A DNA stretch of 64,000 nucleotides from Heteronotia binoei. Taxonomy: Eukaryota. Below are positions 35,373 to 47,445 of the stretch, in pieces. Both the position numbers and the translations under genes were made by a program. Under the pieces are notes generated by a model, which saw only the letters and a list, made by a program, of their open reading frames with translations, was not told the origin of the DNA and did no database searches. The stretch spans positions 114,452,001 to 114,516,000 of the forward strand of contig NC_083223.1 of assembly GCF_032191835.1 (NCBI RefSeq). The letters are read 5' to 3'. Each line of letters begins with the position of its first letter. Within the stretch, counting starts at the first letter, position 1.

Positions 35373-36555
35373 GCTTATTAAATCGGCTGAAGAAATACAA
35401 TATAAATATAATTGGTTTCAATTGCAACAAATAAAGAGTTTGCTTGAACAGGACATCAAGAACTATGGAATAAGACAAGAACAAACAGAACTGGAGAGGA
35501 TGCTGTTTGGAGAAAATGAAAAGCTGATTTCAAAGACATATAAACTATTATTGAAATAGTCTACAGAAGATGAAGTAGTAAAATCACAAATGATAAAATG
35601 GGCAATAAATATAAATAAGGAAATACAGATGGAGTCATGGGAATACTTATGGAAGAACTCTATGAAAATATCTATATGTTATAACATAAAAGAAAATTGA
35701 TTTAAAATGTTATATAGGTGGTACATGACACCAAAGAAATTGGCAAAAATGAACAATCAGGTGTCGAATAGATGTTGGAAATGTAAATGCCATGAAGGAT
35801 CTTTCTACCATATGTGGTGGACTTGCGAAAAGGCGAAACAATTTTGGCAAATGATTCAGCCAGAGATTTTGAAAGCTTTGGGATATAATATCAAGAAGGC
35901 ACCAGATATATTTTTGTTGGGATTACAAATGGAAACATTTCAAAAGCAAGATAGAACAATAATTTGGTATATGCTTTCAGCTGCATGGACATTATTTGCG
36001 CAAATGTGGAAACAAGACAAAATACCAGAAATGTGGGAATGGACTTTGAAAGACATGCATTGGAGTGAAATGGACAAATTTACAAGAATCTTAAAAGAAC
36101 AAGATCTAAAGAAGTTTAAAAACGAGTGGGGAAAGTTTCAAAAATATATGGAAAAACAATGGAACGTTAAAGGACATTTGGTGATCTTTGACAATGGTTA
36201 ATCTTTAAAGAAACTATATATGGATTACAGTTTTTTAAAAAAGTAGGATTAGTGGATTATAACTTTTTCATTTCCTTGCTAATGACAAAGAAGAACTACC
36301 ATGAAGATGGATTATAATTATAACCCTAGGGTTTTTTGGAGAAAGATTCTTTAAAAGATAGAGTTTATTACCTTATAACAAGCTAAATTAAATAGTAATA
36401 TGGAGATGTCTGTTAAGGAGGTAGGCACTGCTGGGGGTCACCAAAGGGGTGGGGGGTGGGGGGTGGAGAAAATGTTATAAATGTGTATTAACATTTAATG
36501 ACAAATGATAACATACCAATACAATATATTACATTATAATAAATTGTTTTTAAAA
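35373..36555 (+). mobile_element. L1 3' fragment, same family as 56014-61664
   Basis: MLYRWYMTPKKLAKM..RCWKCKCHEGSFYHMWWTC (zf-RVT). 3' UTR and terminal aataaattgttttt match 61000-61660. Confidence 0.9.
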
Positions 36556-36589
36556 GAGAGAGAGAAATCATAATGTTCAGTAAAGTATT

Positions 36590-36700
36590 TTATTTTATTT
36601 ATTTATTTATTTAAGATTTATATCCCGCCCTTCCCACAAGTGGCTCAGGGCGGCTTCCAATAGTAGATCCAACAAAATTACAATAATTAAACATATAAAG
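36590..36700 (-). mobile_element. L2 3' tail fragment
   Basis: (ttta)n followed by atttatatcccgcccttccc...ctcagggcggct. Confidence 0.65.
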
Positions 36701-36799
36701 GGATCCGTATTTAAACCAGATAAAACAGATAAAACAGATAAAACCTTAGTTATTAATACACATTAATAAATATTTCAACTGTATATAAAAGAAATCCAG

Positions 36800-38530
36800 C
36801 AAGTTACATTAGATATAAGGGATATAAGGGAACAAAAAGAAATAGCAAAGTTAACAGGCATGAAATTAGGAGTTAAAAAGTTGAAATATTTTGGGGTAAT
36901 TATAAGAAGGAATGTTAAGATGTTAATGACATTAAATTATAAAATAGTTTGGGGGAAAAAAAGAAGAAACTTAATTCAATGGAAGGACAAGTATATGACT
37001 ATATTAGGAAAAATAAAAGCAATTAAAATGTTCATAATACCAAAGTTGATCTATCTGTTTCAGGTACTCTCAGAGTGAGTGCCCAAGAAACAACTGATAA
37101 TATGGGATAAGGTACTTAGAAACTGGGTTTTTGGAAAGAAACAAGCTAGAGTCTCAAAGAATGAGATATATACTTCAAAAGAAGAACTAGGATGGAGTGT
37201 ACCATAATTGGAAGCATATTATGAAGCATTCCAAATAAAAATGTTGATGGAACTGGATGGAAATAACAGAGATAAATGGGCAAGATGGGAAGATAGTATA
37301 AATAAGGGAGAAGGTAGATTTGGCATATTTACACAAGAAATAAAAAAGGACATAAAAATACAACAGGACCAAGAAAATGGGACTAAAAATATGGGGGAAA
37401 AGAAGGCAGTGTGGATGCCTACAATTTCAAAATGGGCACCATTAGAATCATTAAGTAGGGAGTCAAAACAAATTGAGAGAACCTTTGGGAAGAAGCTGAA
37501 GGAAAATGACATAAGGAAAGATACGTATGATACCCGGGGTGCTTTAATACCAATTCAAGATTTATTAAGAATAGTAAGGGTCAATATTGGTTAGGTGTTA
37601 ATGGTTTATATAGTATGTTGAAATATTCTGGAATACTTAAGGATGATACCCTGATGGAAGAACTGTATAGAAATAGGAAAGATGACAGAAAAGGTTTAAC
37701 AAGAAAGATATATAATATTATGAGGGGAAGCAAAGATCATATGATAAGTATAATACAGTCAGAGTGGGAGAAAGATGTGGAACTATCGGAACAGGAGATA
37801 AAGTAATGAGAAATATTAATGATATAAAACTGGAAAAATTTAGAGAATTAGAATTGAAATTAATTTGGAAATGGTATAGAACACGGGCTCAATTAGCATA
37901 TACGATTAAGGGACTGCGATCCAATTGTTGGCACTGCAAAAAGAAGAAGGGACATTATGTGCATTTATGGTGGGAGTGTTCAAGAGCGGCTGAATTTTGG
38001 CAGAAGATTTTGGGAAAGGTGCAAGAAGTGTGTAAAGTTAAAGTGAAACTTTCAGGAAAGGTGTTATTTATGGGAATACTGGGGAACCCTAAAGTGGATA
38101 AGCCTTTCCAGGAGATATTTAAGGCTATGATTTTGGCAGCCCAGGCTGTCATAGCACTTGGTTGGAAAGATGCAATTAAAATGTTGGTTGGACTTGGATA
38201 AATGGAACATTTATATGAATGGATTCAGTCAGATATATTATCAATACTAAAACAAGGAAAGCAAGGAGAGGACAAGATTGAAGAAATTAAGGAAAGGTGG
38301 TATAAATATACAGGAGGGGCCAATAATGAAATAAGGCTCAGACTCCAAAGGGTGTGCATGTGGTTGAAAATATAAATGAGTTTTATAATGGTCAATTTGG
38401 GAGGGGTGGGAGGACAGAGGGGGGAGGGAGGGAGGTAATTGATGGATTTGTAATATGAATGTAAGATATTGTAGGAATGTAAGATGGAGAAATAACATGA
38501 GTTATATTACAAAAAAATTTAAAAAAAGAT
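36800..38530 (+). mobile_element. L1/Tx1 ORF2 3' fragment, second family
   Basis: Peptides KYFGVII, TILGKIKAIKMFIIPKLIYLFQ and CWHCKKKKGHYVHLWWEC. A-rich tail near 38510. Confidence 0.8.
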
Positions 38531-38959
38531 CTTTCTACAAACCTGAAAAGAGCCCTGGGTTTGCAGAAAAAATGTAAAATCTAAAAAAATATATATACAT
38601 TTAGGAAGTTGAAAAAATTAAAAAAATATATAAAAGGAGCTCCTGTAGCTTTAAGCAACCAAGTCCCTCAGTAGCCTTGCTAGCATTCTAAGACTTGTTC
38701 TCTCAGTAAAAAGAAAGGGAGAGGGGCACAGCCATTTCTAGGCCTGGCCTTTGAGGCAGGGCTCATCAGGGCCAGGCCTGGTTAGGTTTGCCAGATTCAT
38801 GAAGGGAAATTCCTGGAGATTCTTTGATGGAGTCTGGGGAAGACAGCATTTGGGGACAAAGAGGCCTCAGCCAGATATTATGCCAGATTCTACAATCCCA
38901 AAGCAGTAATTCTCTCCAGGGGAGAAAGATCTTTCGCATGGGGATTTAATGGGAATTTG

Positions 38960-41955
38960 GTGGCCACTGATGTGGTCCCATGGCCAGACAGACCACTTCG
39001 TCCTGAAAGTCCGGCTGGACATTCCTAACCCACCTGTTTAGGCAGCAAGTGGATTTATGCTGCCTGTTGAGCTTGATGGATTTAACTAGGTTTCAGAATG
39101 CTCTGTGAGATCCAGTGTCCCCTGGTGATTTGTTAGATGTGTTATGTCAATAAAGGTTTTTGGAATTTGCAATTGGATTCATTAGATGAGCTGGTGGATG
39201 ACTGGCATAGCTGGCTCTCCAAGGCAATCAACAAATCACGAACACACACACATTGGTGTTGTCTCTATTCTCATACCTAATTAGCCTCATGGTACAACCC
39301 AGAACTATGGCAGATGAATCAAAAACTGCTAGAGGGTGGCGGCATGCTCATGATGAAGCCATGAGAGCATCTTATAGCTCATTTATGAAGTCCTATGAGA
39401 CGGCAGTGAAGGCCACTAAAAAGACCTTTTATGTGGCCTCCATTACATCTGCTAGCTCTCACCCAGCCAAATTATTTAGGGCATTCAGTATTTGACTACT
39501 TTACCTCAAGGCAAGCAAAATGATTGAGAATTAACTATTGGCTGTGAGGCATTCACAGCCTATTTTGCAGATAAAATCTCATTGTTCCACCAGGACCTTT
39601 CAGTCACACTTGACACAGTAAGGGAACTGGAAGCCCCTTGTGTATCTTCAGTTCCAGTTTTGGACCACTTCAGCTGGCTCTCTGTGAGGAAATAGATAAG
39701 ATCCTAGTAGCTGTAAGGCCTACTACATATCCCCTTGACCCAAATCCATCCTGGCTAGTTAAAGCTTGTGAGGATGGGGTTTGGGAGATAACCATCACTG
39801 GACCCTGAATCCTCAGCAATCACTGCCCAGTCTTACATCTTTCATTTCCGGGTAAGGTAGTTGAGAGGCTGCAGGCTTTATTAGATGACACTTCCACAGC
39901 GGACCCCTCCCAGTCCAACTTCTGCCCTGGCCACAGGGTGAAGACTGCACTGGTCACTCTCACAGATGATTTGTAGAGACACCTGGATCAAGGTGGGTTG
40001 GCACTGCTGTTGCTCTTAGATCTCATAGCAGCATTTGACATGATTGACAATGATCTGTTGACCCACCACCTTGCTGACATTGGGATACAGGGGACTGCTT
40101 TACAGTGGCTTTCCTCCTTTCTCCATGATCAGGGACAGAGGGTGGCACTAGGGGAGAGGACATCCCTGCACTACTGACTTGAATGTGGATTTCCACAGGG
40201 GCAATATTCTCTCCAATGCTACTTAACATCTATATGCATCCCCTCACCCAGTTGGTCAGGCGCTTGGGCTGGGCTGTCATCAATCTGTGGATGATACCCA
40301 GCTCTATCTGTTGATGGACAGATGGCCGGACTCTGTCCCAGATGTTTTGGACAGGACATCAGGGGCCATGGCTGGATGGTTGCAGCAGAACCAGCTGAAG
40401 CTGAATCCAACAAAGATGGAGGTCCTGTATGAGGGACTGAGATCCGGAATTGAGCTTCTGGTCTTCAATGGGGCACCAATGATGCCAGCACCAAAGGTAA
40501 GGAGTCTCTGTGTGATGTCGGATCCCTCACTTTCTATGGAAACCCAGGCAACTTCAATTGCCAGATCGGCTTTTTATCATCTTAAGCTAATCAGCTAACC
40601 AGTTCCCACTCTCACCCCCCACCCCTGGACTTAGTTACAGTGATCCATTCAATGGACACTTCCAGGCTGGATTACTGTAACTGACTCTACATGGGGCTAT
40701 CCTCGAGTCTGCTCCAAAAATTGCAGCTACTGCAGAATGTGCCAGCACACCTGCTATGGTGATATGTCTTCTTATGTGGACCCCCAAGGGGTTGGAAGAA
40801 CCGGCCACCAGGGAAGGAGAACTCCAGGCTTGACAACCAGAATTTCAGATTATTGAAGAAGGGCAGCTATTCACACCGTCAATCCCCCTCTCCAGCACTA
40901 GACCATTTTCCTTGGGTTAGATAGAACTATCTCTTTTCCCTTCAACCATACCTCGGAAAGTCCAGCTCTCGTCTCCTCAGCTCTGTTTGCCTTCCTCTTT
41001 TATTCCCTTTTGCCCTCAGCCCCCCCCCCCCCCCCCCGAGTCATTCCCACCACCTCTGTTGATGAGTGCAACAATTTCAGCTGCAGCATCTTGCTCAATG
41101 TAGGTGAGCCAAGAAACTGGTGAACTGGCTCTGGGTGAGGCTCTTCTATGGAGTCTTTTCTCCCTTCTTTAGAGGAATCTCCCCTCTTCGTGTTCCCACG
41201 GGAACTGAGGTCTGGATTGTTTGAGAGAGCTGCCACTGCTGTTACTCTGGGGTACCCATCATTTATGGAAGGAATTGTTGCACATTTTTGGAGGCAGAGC
41301 AACTCCACTCACTGAACCCTTGGTCTTGGCTGGGGATAGCACTTTTTGCCCTGATGTGGGTGTGGAAGGGGGGGGGTTGAGGGCTCCCGTGTGTTGTGGG
41401 AGGCATCCAAGTTTGACTCCCGGTGGTTGGGAGTCAGACATGATGCCTCCATGAGTGCACATTCAGCCAGTGTTGCACTTGCTGCTGACTGAATACTGGA
41501 TCTGGTTAAAGGTTATGGTTTTGACCTTTAAAACCCTACGCACCTGGGACCAACATAACTGCAGGACCATCTCTTTTCATATAAGCCCTGGAGAGCTTTT
41601 CACTCTTCTGACCAGCACCTCCTGGTAGATTCTGGCCTGAGGGACATCCATTTAGCCTCAACCAGGCCAAGGACTTTTTTGGCCTTTGCCCAAACCTGGT
41701 GGAACATGCTACCATTTGAGATCAGGGCCCTGTGGGACTTCCATGAGATCAGGGACTGTAAAACGGAGCTGTTCCTCCAGCCTTTTGGAGAGGTTGAAGA
41801 CATTCAATTTTATGCCTGATGGGAGGCATGGATCTTTGTCTATTTGCAATGCCATAAATGTTTTACTGTTTTATTGCTGACTGTTTTTTTACTGTAAGCC
41901 GCCTTGAGCCCAACTTGTGGGATGGGAAGGGGTATAAATGAAATAAATAAAATTT
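38960..41955 (+). mobile_element. Decayed L2 LINE (plus strand), interrupted by a solo LTR
   Basis: SFMKSYETAVKATKKTFY..ASSHPAKLF, DDTQLYLLMD and SAFYHLK, with an L2 tail gtaagccgccttgagccc...ggtataaatgaaataaataaa near 41895-41950. Confidence 0.85.
40765..41440 (-). mobile_element. Solo LTR (676 bp)
   Basis: Termini TGTCT...AGACA, flanks TGATA/TGATG (4/5) and minus-strand AATAAA near 41000. Removing it restores a continuous L2 sequence. Confidence 0.65.
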
Positions 41956-42114
41956 TTTAAAAATCTTTGCATTGGGAGTTCAGTTGTAATTCTAGGAAAC
42001 TGCCAGGTTCTACTTGGAAGGTGACAACCCTAAGCCCTCTGGGTAACTTGATACCACCTGACTTGCTTTACTCACCTAGGCCTGGCTGCTTGCTACTGTT
42101 CAACAGCAGCTGCC

Positions 42115-42320
42115 CTATGAAAGCCAATGTGGTTTAGCAGTGAGAGTTCCAGAGTAGGGTTTGTGAGACCCAGGACCAGATCCCCACCTTGCTGTGGAAA
42201 CTGACTGGGCAATTTTGAACCAGTCACATACCCTCAGTCCTACCTACCTCTTAAGGTTGTTGCTTGGATAAAAAGAAGAGAATAATCTAAACTACCTTAG
42301 TCCCACAGTGGAGAAAGACC
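42115..42320 (+). mobile_element. Old tRNA-derived SINE (MIR/Squam-like)
   Basis: gccaatgtggtttagcagtgagagt...gagacccagg..agatccccac head and a core ending in an L2-like tail. Degenerate. Confidence 0.45.
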
Positions 42321-42388
42321 ACAGGTAGAGGCTGCAGAAATGGAAGTGATAGAAAGCTGAAGGCAGACCAGCAGATAAAGGTAGGCTA

Positions 42389-43075
42389 ACTGTTGGGTGG
42401 GAAGGAGATAGGGGTTGACAACTCCAGGTTGGGAAATTCCTGGAGATTTGAGAGGAAAAGGAAAAGTCCCCTATGCAAACACCAGTCGTTTCTGACTCTG
42501 AGGTGGCGTTGCTTTCACAACGTTTCACGGTGGTTTGCCATTGCTTTCCCCAGTCATCTACACTGCCCCCCCCACAAGCTGGGTACTCATTTTACCGACC
42601 TCGGGAGGATGGAAGGCTGAGTCAACCTCGAGCTGGCTACCTGAAAACCCCGTTTCCACTGGGGATCGAACTCAGGTCGTGAGCACAGCTTAGGACTGCA
42701 GTACTGCAGCTTTAACACTCTGCGCCACAGGGCTCTTCCTTGAGATTTAATAGACAGGCTCATTTTCTCCAGGGGAAACAGATCTCTCTGGGGAAGGGAC
42801 CTCAGACATGTATACTGCCATAGACTCCACCCTCCAAAGTAGTCATTTCCTCCAGGGAAACTACCATTGCCAACCTCTAGGTGAGGGCTGGAGATTACTC
42901 AGAATTACAACTGCTCTCCAAATGAAAGATTGGTTCCCCTAGAGAAAATCGCTGCTTTGGATGAAGCCAATTGCATTATACTCTGCTGAGGTAGCTTCTC
43001 TCCCCAAACCTTGCCCTCTCAAGGTCCACCACCAAATCTTCATCAATTTCTGAACATGAAGCTGGCAACCTTAAG
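42389..43075 (+). mobile_element. hAT-type MITE(s) split by a Sauria SINE
   Basis: taggggttgacaactccaggttgggaaattcctggagattt resumes after the SINE and ends gctggcaacctta. Confidence 0.6.
42452..42737 (-). mobile_element. Sauria SINE, near full length
   Basis: tRNA-like head aagagccctgtggcgcagagtgttaaagctgcagtactgcag...gagttcgatccc, core gttgactcagccttccatcct..ggtcggtaaaatgagtacccagc and (ccttt)n tail. TSD about tcctggagattt/tccttgagattt. Confidence 0.88.
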
Positions 43076-43509
43076 GGTTAACTGATATCTGTAGTTAGGA
43101 GATCCAGGAGTGATTTCTGGACAGACACTGCCATTACTACTGCTGTGGGGGAGAAGAAGTAGGTGGGCAGCTGGAAGAATAATGGGGGGCAGAAAGACAG
43201 TGTGCTGGGGCGAAGGGCAGAAAAAGAGAGGAAGTGACAGGTATGGAGGAGAGCGAGAAAGAGAACAGGTGGCTGAAGAGAGAAAGAGTTAGAGACAGAA
43301 AAGTTAGAGAAGAGTGGAGAAGGCAAAAGTGGGGAAAATGGGATAGCCACTCCGGCAAGTTTCTTGCTGGTCCCCACTTGTAGAGTTCTAATTCCGAAAT
43401 GAGGGAGGAGAGTGTGACACACTCTGATGGAAGACTTTTCTAAAAATCCTTAACATTATGTAACATCAATTAGAGTTTGTAATGACTGATCAACACCTGG
43501 GTCAAGTAT

Positions 43510-44160
43510 TCTTGCAAGCAGCATGTTTATTTAGATTTTTTTTGCCTGACAAAAAGGCTTACAAAGTAAAACATAATAAAAGCATAAAACATTACAAGTT
43601 GTTAAATAAAATCCAGCTATAGCATAGAAACAAATAATTGAACAGTTTAAAATAGCAGCTTTCAGACAATAAGATCTTTATAAAATGACGTTAAAAATCA
43701 GCCCTTTAATGAAAAGCCTGGGTGAACAGAAATGCTTTGGCCGAGGACCTACAAGAAAGTTAAATATGCACCAGGTGAGCTTCAAGGGGAAGAACCTTCT
43801 ATATGCAAGTGACACTACTGACAAAGCTCTGCCTCTGGTTGCCACTTGCCTCTCTTCTAAAGTCAGGGACAAAGAAAGCAAGGCTTTTGAGACAGACCTT
43901 AAACAGTGGACTGGACAATATGGTTGGAGACGGTCTTTTAGCTACCATGACCTCAAGCTATTTAGGGCCTTGAAGTTCAGATTCAGTGCACTGAATTGTG
44001 CCTTGGAAACAAATGGACAGTTAATACAGATTTCTCAGTACTAGACTAATACAATAGCTGTATCTCTATTACCAGTCAGGAATATGGTAAGCTGTATCAT
44101 GTATTGTAGACCAGACTCACAACAGCTGCTACTCAACAATCCATCCTCTTTGAAATACAT
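43510..44160 (-). mobile_element. Old L2 3' fragment
   Basis: Reverse strand resembles the L2 C-terminal/3' region (agggccttgaag..., gagacggtc...). Confidence 0.55.
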
Positions 44161-44569
44161 TTAGTCCTCAAAAAGGCTGTTTTTAAAAGAGTTTTCACCA
44201 ATTTTGGAGGATGTGACAGAATGCCTTTCCCCCTCCCCCACTCTGAGTTTCAAAAGCCATTTGTCTGTCTCTTCTCTCTAAAAGGACAGGAAGCTAGGCT
44301 ATTTCCCAGCCATAGTTATGCAAATGACTCAGCTGCAAAGGCACTGAGGAATATGGTTTTAGGAATCTCCAGGTGACTCCTGGAGATTTCCCAGAATTTC
44401 TTCCAGGAGGGCTTCCAGGATCCTACTGTGTGTCCCAGGATGCACCTGGGACCTGGGTGGACCAGGTAAAAAGGGGTTCACAGTGATATTAAATGGGTGG
44501 AGTCAAAGGATCAATAAAAGTGCTTGTTCCCAGGGGAGAGGGTCTCTTGATGTTTTTCCGTGGAAGAGA

Positions 44570-44651
44570 AAACATAAGAACAAGAGAAGCCATGTTAGAT
44601 CAGGCCAATGGCCCATCCAGTCCAACACTCTGTGTCACACAGTGGCCAAAA

Positions 44652-44690
<39 letters not shown>

Positions 44691-44748
44691 ACACACACAC
44701 ACACATATACACACTGTGGCTAATAGCCACTGATGGACCTCTGCTCCC
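44570..44748 (-). mobile_element. CR1 3' end fragment containing a (TA)n(CA)n microsatellite
   Basis: Matches 33870-33950 and 34072-34105. The intervening CR1 sequence is replaced by the microsatellite. Confidence 0.85.
44655..44705. repeat. Compound microsatellite (TA)~16(CA)~9
   Basis: Directly visible in the sequence. Confidence 0.95.
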
Positions 44749-45834
44749 TGAAGAAGGAATTTGGTCTCTGTGATAACCCGGTGTTCAATAGCAGAAGACG
44801 CGGAGGGCAGGCCTCAGAACTGAAAAGAGAAATGTTTCTCTCAGTCAGTACCCCTAAAATGAGCAGCTGGCAATGCACCCTAGTGACAGGAAGTGGAATA
44901 GCACCCTTCAAGAAGTGATGCAAGCCCCGCAAGGACTGACAGGACTGGGTTTGTAACTCAAATCGGGTCAGTTTCATCACAAGGGGTTAATTTACAATGC
45001 TAGATTTTTCTACATACCTACAGAGTAATATGAGCATACCTATCCTACCTGTAGGTGCCATCACTCAAATAAGGACAGTTAATTTACTATTAAAATGTAG
45101 TCTTTTTGAGAAATGATCTATAACATCAACAACTACAGTTATGACCATTTGAAAATATTCAGTACTGGAGATGTTATTTATTTAGTTAGTTTTCTATCCC
45201 ACCCTCTCCACAAACAGAATCAGGGCGGCAAACTATCAGTTAAAAATACAATTTACAAACACAAAAACACAAAATAAGCTTACAATTTAAAAATAATAAA
45301 ATTTAACAATTAAAATACATTCATGGTGTTACTCAGTTCATCTTTCAGTTTGTCTGGACATCTGATCATTTTTGGATACAAACTGACTGGTGGAAAAAAT
45401 ATATACAGGATTTCCATACACACAGGTTGGTGATGGTGACCAGTTGAGGAAGTCCACCCAAGGTAGGGGGTGTGCAGGGTAAAATCACTGAAGTGGCTGT
45501 GTCTGAAATATGAAGTAGCCCTAATACAGAGGAACAGGACTTCAAAACACCAAACTGTTTTAATATGTTTTGTTTATATTGTTCAATGTTTTAATGGTTA
45601 AAGTTCAGTGTTGTAAATGTTTTATTGATGTGAGCCTGCTGCGGCGAGGAGGGCGGGATATAAATCCAATAAATTAAATAAATAAATTGAAAACTTGAAA
45701 TCCATTATTTTAGAAATCCTTCGAACAATCATAAAAAGTAGCCCAGTGTTTTCTATTCTAAGGCCTTACTAAAAGCACTGCAATTCAGTTAAAAGCAATT
45801 CTGCTCAAGTGATTTGACCCTCAAGCTAATGTAG

Positions 45835-46560
45835 ATTGTTTATGTTTATGTTTAATTCGATTTATATCCCACCTTCCCCGCCAAGGCAAGCTCAGGGCAG
45901 CTTACATCAAATCATAGTAAACCATGATTGCAGTCATAAAATCAATAAAACCATTAAACAGTACAAGTTAAAACAATCTACAGTTGGTGCTAACAAATCA
46001 GATGTTATTCATATTCTCAGGATGACAGTTATTCCAGAATTCTCCTACAGTCGACTGAAGGTTTGCCGGAAGAGAGTGGTCTTACAGGCCTTGCGGAACT
46101 GAGCGAGGTCCCGCAAGGCCCTAACCTCTTCTGGTAATTGATTCCACCAGGAGGGGGCTGCCACTGAAAAGTTCCGATCCCTGGTAGTCAACAGTCTTGC
46201 CTCTTTCAGCCCAGGGATCACTAGGAGATGTTGAGATCCAGATCTTAGTACTCTTTGGGGAATGTGTGGGGACAGATGATCCCTCAGATAAACAGGTCTT
46301 CAGACATATAGGGCTTTAAAGGTAATAACCAGGACCTTGTTACAAATCCGGTACACTATTGGTAGCCAGTGCAGTTCCTGCAGCGCTGGCTGTATGTGCT
46401 CCCACTTGGGCCGCCCCATTAGCAGCATAGCAGCCGCATTCTGCACTAGCTGAAGTTTCCGGGTTCATGACAAAGGCAGTCCCAAGTAGAGGGCATTACA
46501 GTAGTCCAATCTTGAGGTGACTGTTGCATGAATCACAGTTGCCAGGTTGTCACGGCCAAG
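45835..46560 (-). mobile_element. L2 3' fragment (further isolated L2 tails near 28905-29050, 45175-45300 and 45590-45690)
   Basis: Tail cgatttatatcccaccttccccgccaaggcaagctcagggcagc, then gggctttaaaggtaataaccag and gagggcattacagtagtcc, as in the other copies. Confidence 0.85.
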
Positions 46561-46904
46561 GAAAGGAACCAACTGTTTCACCCGATTGTTGCTAATATAT
46601 CTCCCACATCATGTATATTGTGGTAGTGGTCATTTTCAACAGGTGTCCAGTATTTCTTTTAGTCATCTAGCAATCCTACATTTAGATCATAAACAAGCTG
46701 TTGTACACGCCTCTGAGGACCAGTGCTAGGAGGCAGCAATAGGGGAAGGTCTTGACCTCTGTGCCTTGTCTGTTGGCTCAGGGCAACTGGTTGGCTGTTG
46801 TATAAGCAGGATGCTAGACTAGATGAACCCAGAGCTGGCCCATGGGTGTGTGGTGCTCCAGGCAGGATGCTAGACTAGATGGACCCTGTGGGATGCTAGA
46901 CTAG

Positions 46905-47445
46905 ATGGACCCAGCACTGGCCCATGGGCGGGTGGTACCCCAGGCAGGCTCCATGGCCGCCGTCTCCCTGCTGCAGCCGTCCTCCTTCTGTTCGTGGCAC
47001 TGCAAGCCAGCACTACGCTCCGTTGCTGCCCCTCCCCCCAAGCCAAGGCTGGTCCTTACCATCTTCAATGTGGTTGGTGTGGCTTTTAATCCTTTGAAGG
47101 GCCCACAGGAGGAGAGTTCGCTCCCCCTCCTTCCTGGAACCGAAAGTGAGGGGGAGCGAAGTCTCCTCTCGCAGGCCCTTCAAAAGATTAGAAGCTGTGC
47201 CAGCTGCATTGAAGCTGGTAAGGACCAACCTGGGCTCAGCTTGGGGGGGGGGTGGCGATGGAGCACGGCGCTGGCTTGCAGCGCTATGGAGGAAGGATGG
47301 CGGTGGCATTGGGGGAAGAGGGAGGCAGGCAAACTAGGTGTTTGCCATGGGCAGGGGGGAGCCCAATTTACCACCCCCACCTCCCGGCACCCTAGGCAAC
47401 CGCTTAGTTTGCCTAGTTTGCCTAGTGGATGAGCCAGTGGTCTAG
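46905..47445. mobile_element. Non-autonomous DNA-transposon-like element with a long internal palindrome
   Basis: Termini cagcactggccc / gagccagtgg, subterminal (ctagtttgc)x2 and inverted arms of ~170 bp centred near 47138. Confidence 0.5.

Noticed and set aside
21955-42737. tRNA-like sequences (A/B-box motifs)
   Set aside because: They are SINE heads without a complete cloverleaf, so they are not tRNA genes.
46800-46910. Three ~21-bp direct repeats with spacers (CRISPR-like)
   Set aside because: Only three units with irregular spacers (about 35, 5 bp), in a vertebrate intron with no cas genes. Explained as a TE junction duplication.
46905-47432. 175-aa ORF with mirrored ORFs on the opposite strand
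   Set aside because: A by-product of the GC-rich palindrome.
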